A stretch of 64,000 nucleotides of DNA from Paraphysomonas bandaiensis (taxonomy: Eukaryota > Protista > Chrysophyceae). The position numbers were made by a program, and so were the translations under genes. The stretch spans positions 314,535-378,534 of the forward strand of contig CBFFRP010000218.1 of NCBI GenBank assembly GCA_965644295.1, read 5' to 3'. Below, piece by piece: positions 49,201-58,332 of the stretch. The notes beneath the pieces are model-generated. The model did not search any database. It had not been told where the DNA came from and worked only from the letters and a program-made list of their open reading frames with translations. Position 1 is the stretch's first letter. Each line of letters begins with the position of its first letter.

Positions 49201-50221
49201 CTTTGTTTTGACGAGTGTAGACCGGATTATGCTATTAAAAGTTGAGTTTATTCCTAACAAACCAGTTATCAAAGTCAGTATATCATGGACATGTCCCACT
49301 GACATGATTGAGCAATTCTATAGCGATTCGAAGGAAGATACGCTATTGGTGATAAGAGAGGACAGTCGACCGCTTATTCAACACGGGGAGCCCTGGAACT
49401 CGCCGTACCCAACTATTCAAGATCCGTTCTTGATGGATTATTTTGTCTTCCAAGAGTGCTTAGAGAAACTCCTCGGTCAAAATTTGGCGCGAGAGCACCC
49501 CATGGTGCCAGATCGCGATAAGGCTATGTGCATCACTCTCAGCCGCAAACGAACGGGTATTAAAAGTATTGTACATTCTACGACACGGCACGAGTATCGT
49601 TTGTATAAATATGTCCTCTATGAGTTTACCGAGATCCCTAAAGAAATCTCTGATCAGCCATACAAGATAACAGACAGTGGGGAAGCGACTTGTAGAGGTT
49701 CTCCTGAGGTTGTCTTTAATGCTCTCTCCAGCGTCGGTACATTTTTTGAAGAGGTGTTTGAGACGCGTATACCTTCGCGAGTAGAGTGCGAAACAGAGGT
49801 CGAGGAAACTCAGATGCTGCTTACAACTGCTCTCCCTCTGATTGACATGAGGGTATGTGGACCCGACCAGGAGAGTGCGGCACATTTTTCGATTACGTTG
49901 AAGAGAAGAAGTGCTTCTACAGATTTAGAGTTGATCAAACGTGAAGATTTAAGCAGTCGATTAAAACTGTCAAATAGAGATTCGTTAAAATTGATATTTG
50001 ATAGTAGGAGGGCGGCTCAAAATTGGAAAATTTATATTGCCGAGTCTTCAGCGTCAGTGATGCTGCCTTCTGGAGCGGCTTCTGGTTTATTTTCTTCACA
50101 GGTATTATCGAACTCTGTGAAAAGGAATCTTGTAATTCCCCTCAGCGGAACAGACTTACGACTGGCTGAAAACCTAAAAATAGAAATTGCAAAAAATTTG
50201 TCGCGCCGAGAAAGTCTGTAG
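37292..50221 (+). CDS. VPS13: VPS13-family bridge-like lipid transfer protein, 4309 aa, single ORF
   Basis: VAB/SHR-BD-like motifs (PLWLINRTG, WPPYRVENMT, PYAWD); SIGFSLVD..PTELVY; IQIDNQL; C-terminal ATG2_C-like LSNLGTGVYDLFYEP..SKITGGLGKG..GVTGIVVEP..KGILG...KPAVGVLDL. Confidence 0.92.
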   Translation: MRMLREVLSFALRAWHYVVTLCGRIYCVICVLSRLVPSCNAFSGELNFPAFDCMDIRIGDFLVQRLCWESIIIKFRWSGLEISCCSVKCDVHIPDRSRTYTNNASRSNVKCETRPLWLSFVPPVHIEIVSLLLVGISKDSNLVELNMSALDSKIEKRLLNPAFTVETMNFRVAGRHQAVSDIICAEKINFRICHRNISVALNSVELNADFNTCDTITDLLGCLLPPHRDCDVEEGAGAIQVETVLQAYKNSNNEIEKNEDIGRRQKDRVGDGNASCSYTCSLPPMKVNVDIGVIVVATVSREPPSSRRRHFSICGINVQYSTSPVSFSLQCKQYSAQPFDTQHLVGYDLNSAGNWLMVEYVDKPCERAMSSVNACSRHPVLSIHVRPVLLPVYLDDLCSAMLLWKDIVSLTESRYTLRELRCRKLNRIRDTTSHTFRPIEVNVQCDSVDLVLLVPTWLNKRYLVWRTCDFGIRTICSPDQNTWSLCLSIGRILSLIQFPVSESTQKHEILSLNKVSVKLPLHDHEKVQFAKVVEFVESSPTMSYAYCSEWLETNSSARRIDQRCCASVDECIVSISDSDVAVITSVINALSLSLRTYVAPEDSFARIFHTRNIPCCCLDMNIHSFEVILQNLAGSSKYKRSPQKFRVGSHDIEVSMALAPPVVRCVHISTASSRVQLTCSRDDIEIPLMNFDLFQHTSEKRRFTIAKLISRPVDIWFCQESSYPLALAFVSTACYLQIYCLSGHIDTSDCIALSDFITESKVQTYHSREWFVRLSRRLPHSVLVVPSMHVNNTLTADISPLVIALVDIERTRIDMLHHSVDVGFILAKSIGISSVTYILPGLYQVSGRVLDVCIADLTEEKSFYKNVVECVQSENAADVARPVVEFHMTSYLNAKPLLEVNSHNLRVVYLQRAVMTIISYIRDCALAELFRSVPYKSTPVVVSGICNDDLVYTALSQALPVLDPGVFRFAWNISNSEFHLPVNSRSDDGLVFVFKRLYMYSLYVDYEFFGKTGYSMGPLCSDRHIWLSKYYALKSLCSEISTTSRCWDVTAYPNHLLSPIAFSQSHDSSNLKHETQLAMNLTDSVICTWCSDNTIAKGLNIGALLTIQEVHQAPSGLYSSVFNSLGFISMYPLNIFATELMIEEVDWVLSRGQYMAIVLLIQQNFPELTKVVPPLPCSVPCNVHLNTNLFGKRALEDRLPFHITVPLDVEYGRIHMIEDNKEYYRRLFSSHQAKSKFVKDENYLLYVREETENFVTHWFDSEVRLETENDCEVFEQFNCFQVPNWSFHHTFRKYMEFGFKNYVIAEDDVLSGDSGSDSDSRTNRSVNSLDSIGIIFFTSLEFNFLRQHHGGGISIVASAKDFVITRGSNWDSFHSGCRPEDIVMDSDDDSFDEKTRDPLNVLYDIDDIPEEFIIVKQTPCLPESIDPQSFPDVERRSIHYFQNGMANLRRCIVELDDCIAVVHIPALMRIINFFVECITLTDMREKDHIDVDLDMGRFNFRALLDVEIYATNTVVCFPNYTFQCQSDTRGLCVGMASLQYTHTWRGLIEAGPGWVGIQVIVDIGSVFISPLDELGTQEIESVVSPLKLMFSSHYCVSPPASNAMTHFEVVRRDVDVPFPSAQDIRENRALSDHVMLLTLKPASPPHIAEDDEDDGVISPRVPDHFSEKSQLIDIKVSIPDMMFINAVQSSLCDAYKSRKMRPPIRDSFRILFQSFHDIAHTWRLTDILSYVPNSDLPSLRVSDFILDTADFHVLIRNNTYGVKIARILINEPRFSFNKSRKGINIAGSLDSLLYLHNPKMGKFEPAIESLKVTAICATDVTSTSQERPSGDQSQPTSNTTNKLRFDMYFEPVEVNVAQSMYVGTIGKLSLGDVITSKSASLPVYRIVNRLGVAATCLLNVGRRDESVVSKELGVDEVLAVDTRLYDAHRGESRTRQHFTRDSDKSFSYSGLSFGFNNTTDESHTIELLFEMDNLKYKSQTPVPIDNEGLFQFIMKPMMNSYQARERNLTDDFVDISAPPELLYAQKPGSNNIAVLMSMRVVDTSGTRELELRSICSLRNDTECEVQFQAELCGSSVDVTLKPDEEWFLPVYLISSQTSIHMRLADLFSIFRGQNSNDDQPSRYLVKALPSLYSFVHTTTAWVGSSVSLKMRASLVTMFRTHSIDNSYDELAQWTCMLLPEPLDVESCGDGDGTSKTTKKRRCVVKYPTADSFTQEFLTPSSNSRVHTEESPTSTGSTFRRFSIRPTPSKKHLNDVRENMENEPSMRQASDILHQRIVPSRLCIVAPIRFVNLFCQPIVYRFAEKRSALNCSEGTLIAGGSINLYHNPLRGLNVSIRVLNYKWSNWIRLPVFPPHSKTSEEILESLRLIHEDHPIRVPPLTFNVSCHDRNVKVVCPLWLINRTGMNIHYAEGVSMLPSGERLSTRYIPHRGQQRIETSLVHIPPSGVREGVPLERKIFKIPMKDRVGRHSSMILPRGGLLQFTVCSPFDHCKAVVVSLPGSCTVDLLVMEVLKKLLNAANYTPWVSDGPLPHDPAGFINGHSMKPSDYLLFHLSEQGSTLSAHPRAPVDMQLMEDSDSKHSTSDVSVDESFSSKQTGHHHTLGTDYGGSDLDALISLGLNVTPFINENGTTLRNDTQLHAVPEPRRLLLCHASEFKIVDQLAGVKMVPKRKESSVVSMLGFKKYLPVMPFRYFDGDIPFNPMGVLGMFPSFSVCIPNETEWSDAVNVQKVDFDVTGSRNLDLVVSSNCQTTQSELYELSLLVKHGEGIFKGIAAVTIVPRLILSSKLPFALQIRQVVYDETGAVTESSAPFMLLPGSIQQFHHPLRRGTKLVQMMQYSSSNADENLSMEWGGELSLTVLGVTHVRLRNPDKIVNVRVESVGSSLYATLSLQNAKWPPYRVENMTSFKVRVKQVCKKLKREPCQEDTVSPRSSIPYAWDYCFNYSTEKMLLQVDFAQIGNRWTSIEFPMNEVDHTCEIALTRLLPDLRHPITEGTVDVRSHGSSDWKSAYCVVHNDMMYMFTNSMMNEIVGVINLSLPNPSSDEDDMARDRMMFASVRLHTKREWDITSMFSSTIGLQSAPSELDGMKLYFERLQFWDVNSLRRAAVRIGACLGVFESIDLSEDPSGDESSSGEASEVETAKSFSVHHREFAMKELRSVLRKGYTVDNLVSIVSETPLLCADILNALVVVGEAPNEKYAYYLLKEMCSRAIIKRAKSEKFLHTEISDSSVDVSTSNIVAGLQFSDLLLIFPPSLATELSISTAEDNELEPSRESFIKSARPNCEYRFEVSFGSSMYKFRCSSEADLWRWLYSIRLCIEKTWVEHIQHIDRHSTGNEISTVDSLETTVKLKVRTDGPMKVLELTEESALFPTADSSEVEADTALGSGESHDESEPHGDELKPPSAEVNVSVFFPSIGFSLVDNDPTELVYLRFRDIQISIERTTQRMLSALTIQYIQIDNQLLNPLYPVSFRPRTNHSISGDCGDGKSQKKVLMLPGLQQIGDDTFPTVHGFIQQRLDVGTSTTAFGLTTTEDESDLLYFDLFSLWIAPVELSIDEEIFVRVLRVLQALRSANSKAKAGKMVTVDGEALNEKDPYCASACFTAYQTLNSAGVNIYVLHSSNTRPAYLSKNIYFSLLQLHPVDLVLSIRSTPDFKISTTEDNFLTLAVRVDYGRIRLNALMINNVFGMTSFITSILSKHYTYAALSQIYALIGSTDVIEGSVGLLSNLGTGVYDLFYEPIEGLLGDEQTFIEGLSKGSKSLATRAIGGTSAFTSKITGGLGKGMSLLTLDSRYQKSREKDRLKAAQSVSEGLYYGSYEFGKNVYQGVTGIVVEPYRGWVEEGGVGLGMGIAKGILGVALKPAVGVLDLASRTTEGIRHAAFNTRLEADYLNSSGRCRLPRQFGRDGELLFYTTHLSTLQMIVDKLTIPTRELRFYVVHALPIVRSYFDAQLSSEGTGGQSINSEIRGYALGNKYFVLTSVDRIMLLKVEFIPNKPVIKVSISWTCPTDMIEQFYSDSKEDTLLVIREDSRPLIQHGEPWNSPYPTIQDPFLMDYFVFQECLEKLLGQNLAREHPMVPDRDKAMCITLSRKRTGIKSIVHSTTRHEYRLYKYVLYEFTEIPKEISDQPYKITDSGEATCRGSPEVVFNALSSVGTFFEEVFETRIPSRVECETEVEETQMLLTTALPLIDMRVCGPDQESAAHFSITLKRRSASTDLELIKREDLSSRLKLSNRDSLKLIFDSRRAAQNWKIYIAESSASVMLPSGAASGLFSSQVLSNSVKRNLVIPLSGTDLRLAENLKIEIAKNLSRRESL

Positions 50222-51121
50222 TATTTTTTTAACCAGTCTGCAGTGGGAGAAGTGGAGAATATTTCTGTTGTTATATGTCGAAATATGTTAACGTTTTTCT
50301 TTGTGTAAATAATAATTGTCTAGAAAATAATATAACGAATACAATGGTTGTATATGATGTAGAATTTTGCTGTTTGTGAGAATTAAAAGTTGTATTTCTA
50401 AGGTATTTGAATTATGACCATTTAAAAAATTAATAGTCACTTGAAAAATACAGTAGTGATTTACAGTGCTATCTGCGCAAATAATTATGAAACTGAAATA
50501 TATTGGCTGTATAAGGTCGTGTCTATCTGAGATCAGATAATATTGATTGGTGGTTGAAAGAATATACCTGTAGCGAATAGCAATGAATGATCTAAGAGAT
50601 GATGATTATAATTTTAATAATTGCGTGTGTACGTTCAGTTTATTTAATGAGAAGCCTTGCTCTAGAAGTGAACATATTATATCTGTAATCTCATTATGAT
50701 TTCAATCATTTTTACTCTCTAGATATCATGAAAGATTGAAAGTCCTATTATTAGCAATAGGCGTTAAAAACCTGCACCAACTTAATAGCTAGATGAATGC
50801 TAGACAAACTAGTTTGACTTCTACCTGTAACTAATCAGTACACACTTTTTTTATCCTTCTTATTAGGAGTCATTGATTCACGTATATCCCTTAACGCGTG
50901 AATACAACACACGTATACAATGAAATACCAAATAGACTGAATAGTTACCAAACTATACATGATACGCGACTGTACAAGATACGCACATGTGTGTGGTGCT
51001 AACGCTCTGCTCAAACGTGTCTTGCTATTATACTATTAGGCCTTATCGTTCAATCTTTATCTCTAATAATATCAAGTATATCCTTACTAAATATCAAGAC
51101 TAACCTTAAATCTTAAAGCGG

Positions 51122-54100
51122 ATGAGTTCTAATACTAACAGTTACGATAACTCCGACTCCGATTCATCGGACAAGAGGAAGGATTCCATGCCACCCTTCG
51201 ACGCCAAGAACTTCTCAAAATGGCAGAAGAAAAGTAGAGCCTGGTTCTTTCGTAAGCCCAAGATAGTATTATACATCCTAAGAAACGATGCGCCAGAGGA
51301 GCCTATACGTCAAGAGGAAGAAACAGAAGAGGACTACCTATACAGGAAAAACGCCTACGACGAAAATATGCAGTATTTCGAGGAGGGCAACAATTACCTA
51401 TGGTCACTTCTATCCAGCGCGGTGATTGGCCAAAACGAGGAAGCAGAGGGTATTATCGAAACAGTCCCTGAAGGAGATGGAAAAAGGGCATGGTCAGAGA
51501 TCGAAAAGCATTTCAAAGACAAGACCTCAAATGATACGATAACCGACCTCATTGGCCAACTGCAATCACAATCAAAATCAAGCAAGCTCAAACAATCAAT
51601 CAATTCCTGGACGAAGTCGAAAAATTGCGATTAAAGCTCGCTACACACACGGCCACAAAGTCTCTGAACAAGACCTCATTTCAAGAATACGACAATGGAT
51701 GGTCTCAAATGAGAACCAGACCTATAAGGACCTCAGTGGCAATCAACCTCCAAATGAACCCAATTGATAATTATAAAACGCTGATAAGAAGATTGAGAGC
51801 ATTCGAGCATTCCACTGTAGGCTCCCTACTATCACAAAATACGGAAACCAAACGGGATAGCGCAAACTACTGCTCAACAGGCAAACAGCCGTTTAACCCC
51901 CGTCTATCGAAAAAGCAAAAGCACAACGGGCAGCGAAATCCAACAAAACACAAGAAATTCAACAAGTCCAGCAGAGCTACAAATGCAAAGTCGCGCGAAG
52001 TTAAGTGTTTCAGATGCAATGGATCTAACCACATTGCAGCAGAGTGCAAGCACTCGTGGGAACACATACAACAGATGCAGAAGTCCACAAACAAACGAAA
52101 CGACGACAAAAGAGGGAAAGGGCATCACTCCAAGAACACATCATCAAAATACCCAAGAAACAGTCATCGGGATTCGAACTTAAGACTGGAAGACTATGAC
52201 GATGAGGGGCCAAACGATGACAATGACTACAGTGCATTCTCTGGGATGATCACAGACAATTACGGAACACGAGAAGCAGGACTTCGGCATTCTAGACTCT
52301 GGCTGCACAATATCAATTACAGCAGCACGAAGCTTACTCTCCGAATTCACTTATGACCAAACCACCATCTACACCGCCAAAAATCAGGATCAGAAATAAT
52401 GCAGGCATTGGGCTACGGCAAGCTAGGACTGATCAGAAAGTGCACGTTAGTTCCAGATGCGTCAAAGACTTTAATTTCTATCACCCAGTTGACAACAGAC
52501 GCCAACTGCAACATAGTATTCGGACAAAACGAGGCACGCATATACCACGATGGAATTTTGTTAACCACAGCCAGGAAACAAAACGGTCTATATAAGAGGT
52601 CAAATTATCTGATTTAGGTTACATCCAAGACCAGTGCAACTTGGCATCTACATCAAACGGTTCCTCAATTTCCCTGGCACATCAAAGGTTGACCCACGCA
52701 TCCATTGGCTTAATTCAAAAAGCACTAAAGTTGAATCTTGTAAAAGGAATCACTATTTCAAAATCCGACCTGAGCTCGCCACAGCTACCAGAAGGCCTTT
52801 GTGATGGCTGCGCACAAGGCAAGGCTCACAGGAGGAAACATAGGCGCGAGACTAGGCAAATGATACCGACAAAAATCGGAAGATCGCAGGAGCTTGGAGG
52901 ACTTATAGCAGTTGATTTTACTGGACCATTTTCACCTCCAGCAATAGTCACAGGAAACACCGTAGTCTTCGGAGCTACTGATGCAGCTTCAAGATACAGT
53001 TGGACATTCTATGGAAAACACAGAACCGAGGAAATTGTGGATTATCTGCATTCGAAAGACAAACGGCTAATACACTATCATGCTGATGGTGGCCGTGAGC
53101 TAGTATCACATCGTGTACTGAACTTGCTGAGAAAATTAGGATCAACCTGGACCTTCAACGCCCATACACGCCTGAAGACAATCCCATTCAAGAACGACCA
53201 TGGCACACGACCAAGGGAAGAAGAACGCTTGCATCCATTTGCAACTCAGGCCTACCACCCAACTTCTGGGAACAGGCCATGTCCACCGTCACGCATATGA
53301 AAAATCGCCTGCCATGCGCCAATACCTCGTTGGAATGACCCACACAGATCCACAGGATGGCCTTCAATACATCACGACAAGAATCACAGTCATCAGAGGC
53401 CACGTGGCTGCTTACAGAGGATTGGCCCCACGAAAAAATGAAGGGCGAGTCATCGAGATAAATGGCCCAATACACGCTGCGAACATCGAAAGGTACACCG
53501 CCGAGCACTTTAGTTATCAGAACGCGGTATCACCCCCGTGGAAGGAACAGCTCCAGGGAGGAGCAGTTCAACCGATAGCCGTCATGACGCCACACGGGGC
53601 GGGAGTCACAGCCATTTGAGAGGACCCTACTCAAATGAGAAGGAGGCAAGGCCTCGCCGCACAGCAGAAGCTCAGCGGAATACAGTGCCGAAGGAGGCAC
53701 GGGGTGACAACAAGTGTGATCACCCTGCGCGTAAGGTCAAACGAGCTATCAAGACTGTGAATTCCCAGGGTGACAGGAGCAGGCAAAGCCCGGATGGCAC
53801 AATTACGGGTGTAAGGACACCATTATTATGACATATTATGTTGACATCATTATGCATGCAAATGACATTGTAGCAATGATGTACCTATAATACACCTAAC
53901 AGAAGCGGAGTACATGGCACTATCAACAGCATGTCAAGAAGCTATTTGGCTACGGTCACTACTCTCGGAATTGGGCTTCCACATACCATACTCAACAACC
54001 ATATGGTGTGACAACAAAGGTGCAATTCAACTATGCCTAAACCCCGTACATCACCGACGAACAAAACATATTGCCATCAGATATCACTTCATAAGAGAAC

Positions 54101-54456
54101 AAGTCGCATCGCACTCTATTATTGTTGATTACATGCCTACAAACGAGATGCTGGCTGACATTATTCTAACTAAACCTCTCACATCAAACACGTTCAACAG
54201 ATTGCGATATTAACTAATGGGGGGGGAGGCATCAACATACCTGCTAGCAACCCACCGGCAGAAAACTCAACCAACAAGAGACCACGATGGATGACTTGGA
54301 GATCTACGGAGTTTCCCACGAGTATGCTGTATGTTGACATCAGTGTAATCCACAATCTGTGATTGCACTCGTGGGTTTTACCCTCAGTAGAACTCTATCT
54401 CCAAATATATACACCTAAATTTACATACGTCATGTGATTATTTCATTGAGGGGGAG
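51122..54456 (+). mobile_element. Degenerate Ty1/copia LTR retrotransposon (frameshifted, RT mostly deleted, LTRs not found)
   Basis: Domains in copia order: gag, zinc knuckle CFRCNGSNHIAAEC, protease ILDSGCT (~52289), pre-integrase HQRLTH..CDGCAQGK, integrase VDFTGPF..HADGGRE, RNase H TEAEYMAL..CDNKGAI..RTKHIAIRYHFIRE. Polypurine tract GAGGGGGAG at 54448-54456. Confidence 0.92.
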
Positions 54457-57400
54457 TATTTCATTCTACTCCAATGTGAACCAGAACAAAGCCCGGATGT
54501 CCCAAAAGCTGCCCCCAGCTTGCCTTGTTGTACCCTGTTTGGCGCACTGAGTCCTCGTATCAACGACTTTTTCTTCTTACTCTACTTTTGTACTTTCCTG
54601 AGCCACCAATCATAGTGCTCAACTGGCTTACAGATTGTTCCACAGCCTCCCCACGGACTTATACCGCTGGTAGTTCCCTGTGTTTCTCGTGCACTAATAT
54701 TGTGGTATCTATCAGACTAGTAAAGAGCCAACATAGAGATATTCAGACTCTCTTATAAAGATGCCACTATCAGAGGAAGAGAAGTATGTGTGCGTGCAAG
54801 AATACCTTAATACAGAGGATCCGTAGTGTGCGTGTACAACAGTAATGGACTAGAAGAATTGGATTGCCATATTTAACAGGATGGCATCGAATGAACAAAT
54901 GATGATTTAAATCGTCAGTACCTGGGGTGAAATTTCAACTGGGTACAGACGCGGAAATTGTTCAAAACGGAGATTTAGAGAGAGCAGTAGTCAAAATTCA
55001 GCGCGGTGGGGAAGAAGAACTGAGCCGCGCTAAAAAGCACAGCTGCGACGCTTTTCGATAAATTATGTACCTGCACACGAGGTTGAACTTGATGAAGAGA
55101 AAGATGATGAGGAGGAAGTCGAGGCCAACCAAAATCGCCAATAAGTTCGGCGATCCACAATTAGCTTCCTTTTAGCACTAAAAATAGTATATACGCAGGA
55201 GAAATGTGATCGTTGGGCTTTAATGTGATATCTAGCCGTTGATTATTTATTACACTAGTATTCATAATTCAGTATTATGTAATAATAATTATTTCATACC
55301 TCTTCTACAAGAGTTCCTGGGCATGAAACCTGGGAAGTGAATTATATCAGGTTTTCATAATATTATATATATAAAAATACATATTATAGAGATGTCATTT
55401 ATTAGGAATTATTCTTAAGATGTTATTTTTGTCAGATTCTGAAATAGTATTACTGACTGATACTAATGTTTTACACAATTATTTCTTGTTAATATATAAT
55501 AATCATCATCACGAACTTTTGAAATTGTAAAGGTATCTTGATGAGAACGCCGAAGTTGTACGGATATTGAGTTCTTAAGGTGAAAATCCCGGATGCTTAA
55601 CTTCTGCAGGCAGCCTTATTCTGTAACATGCTTCCCATCAGCATCTACTACAACAGACGAGGGGAGGAGGTTTCTAGCCTTTATATACCCTTGTTTAACT
55701 GTGCATGACACAAGAAGTTGCAACAACTCATATAGCAAACCTTGTGTAGATCCCTAAAATTTCTTCGCATTTCAAAAAGCATTGTACATGTGTTGCAGTG
55801 TCCGCAGCTGCTTTTGTATACGCATCGTCTGAAATGGGATATCACACCTGAAAGAGAGGTGATAACATCAAAAAAACACCAGAGGAGTAAAGCAAGTCTG
55901 TAAGAAAAGTTGTATTCTATGGCAAAGTAAAACGCATAACCCATAGAAAGAAACGAGGTGCCACAAATGGGAATGACAAGGGATAACAGTTTCAAAAATT
56001 TCTAGCCTCTTAAGAGAATGTAGTTTCAGTTAGACAATTACTGGTTATTACATACTATATCGCATATAACTACTCTTCTAATAAAGTATTACGAATATAT
56101 GACTTATACCAGAGTGGTACCACGAGTTACAGCAATAAACGCCCATGCCATACTCTCACAATGTTGTCGCAAAGAAGTTATTTAAAATAACTATTCGACG
56201 TAGCTGAACAGGCCTCGCTAAAAGGAGTGTGCTTTCTCACATTCACCATTCTTAATAGAGTTGTCATCTTATAATGCGGCCAAAACATTTTACAGAAACC
56301 GGAAATGCTGAATCGGTTACCACTCACTCAATAACCAGCACTACTACAAACAGAACCCATCGCAGGCATATTTTTTCCTGGAATTCTCTCCATCATTCCA
56401 GAAGCCTACGATATTATGTTTGCCCCGACAAATGTATCCACTTACATCAAAACATATACATTCTGATAGATGTGCACAACTCAGTATTTAGCAACTCTGA
56501 CACCACTAGTTTAAAGTCGTAGATAGCTAAAAACAAAGTAGTTCTCTCATGTAATAATCAGATCTTTATATATATGATAGATGTGGCAATAATTAATTCC
56601 AATTATTGCAATTTTTCAGTCTGAACTACGTTACCTGCCAATATATACAGTGTAGCTAGTTCAACTGTCATTTCATTCTAGAGGCGACGGTTCTTGCGTA
56701 ATAACGTAAGTTATTCCAAATGCAAATCAGTAGCAAAATCATAGCTCTACAGAGCAACATTATTTCAACCTTATATTGGCGTTGTATTATTATTATATAT
56801 GCAAGTTCTCCATGCTGGTAACAAGTTCACTTCAAGACGTGCTCGCTTCCGCTGCTTGCTACCATCAATTTAACTTTGTAACTGCACGATTGCGATTAAC
56901 TGACGCTAGCTGGAGTCAATTATAATTGCAATTATAATTTCCCAATTTCAAATATTGCAATTCGATATTTAACAATTAATTGATACGCAGCACTGGATCA
57001 CTGAGTTATACCCACAGCTTCATGGACCGCTCCTCCCACTAAAAGTCACAGGGGCCATACTCATACACACTTCTGTGTTATAAGTATATGAAAAAGTTAT
57101 AAACAACTCAGGTCTTGCAACCTAAGATCACTGAAAAGATATGTGAAATGGTTGTTTGTCGAAACAACAAAACAGAAAACTATAATAATAACTCTTTAAG
57201 AAACCAACAGCCAGAAACACAAGCTCCCCTGTATCCTGCAATCTAAAGCTCCCAATAGACAGATCAGTCAACCAACTATGTTAATTTCATAGAGAATTAT
57301 TATTAAAACTAAAGTTACAAGCAAAACAAAAGACAGACCCCTAGTCACAAGACTCCTCCTCATACACAGGACATTGAATGCAACCACAACCGTACAATAT

Positions 57401-58302
57401 GCTCACACATGCACTACACCACATACGATTCATATCCTACATCGATTATAGTCAAAACGCCTTAAAATACGCCTCAATAGGTCTTTCCTCCAAAACCGCC
57501 GGTTTTCGAGTCCAAAAACCCAAAAAACCCCAATTTTAGATTTAGTCGCAAAAACCCAAGATCCCCAAGTCTGGAGTCTAGTATTTTCCAGACTTATATA
57601 AAACACCAATTTGAACTACAAAAAACTCAAAAATGGCAGTATTCGAATCACCAAAAAAATTGCGATCTCATTTCATGGCAATATAATCTCATTCCAACCG
57701 TTAAATGCATAATACATATCAACTGTGCACAATATTCACAGAGAATGTTACACATTCATACTTGTACCAAATTATCCCCCATGCCATCCTTACGCATCAG
57801 ACCTAAGGGCTCTTATCAATTTGTGCACCGACCTGAGAAATTCTATGTTGAGTATCAGTGAGAAAATATTCGCATATCGGAGTCCAGAACGATGAGCAAG
57901 CACACAGAGCTGTTCAAAACCATCCAAAGACTTCTCATAATGATGAATGAACTACGAATATCGCACATGCGGTACCAATCAATGCTTCCTAACTCAAAAC
58001 GCTATGACACCGACTACCGTATGGATATAGGCGTAAACAAACAGGTAGCAATCGCGTAGACCAATGAAAACGTGTGCTCGAGGGTATAATCCTAGTAGTG
58101 AGGGTAAATCCTATTAGCCTCTGCTGTCTTGCTCTCCTAATAATAATCTATTTTTTGTTGTCAATCTCATACAAAACCAGCTACATAAACCCTACATATT
58201 ATGTTATCATATCGTTATTGCAATAATATAGTTATCAATATTATTATGATGATGTTGTCATAAAACGTGTAAAAGGGTGTTATAAAAGCCCACGGCTTTA
58301 CA

Positions 58303-58321
58303 TTACCCTTTCTCCCCCCCC
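58303..58321 (-). promoter_or_regulatory. Polypurine tract of Gypsy element 1; 3' LTR starts TGTAAAGCC at 58302 and runs leftward (far end not determined)
   Basis: Minus strand reads GGGGGGGGAGAAAGGGTAA-TGT, about 12 nt after the pol stop codon. Confidence 0.8.
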
Positions 58322-58332
58322 GGATGCTGTAG

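Noticed and set aside
37588-49885. Numerous short antisense and alternate-frame ORFs within VPS13 (likewise within the Gypsy pol)
   Set aside because: Expected shadow ORFs of a long coding sequence, with no motifs.
54525-56522. Short ORFs between the copia and Gypsy elements (e.g. 55681..55995), and similarly 34565..34876
   Set aside because: No recognisable domains or consistent exon chain, so they cannot be supported as genes.
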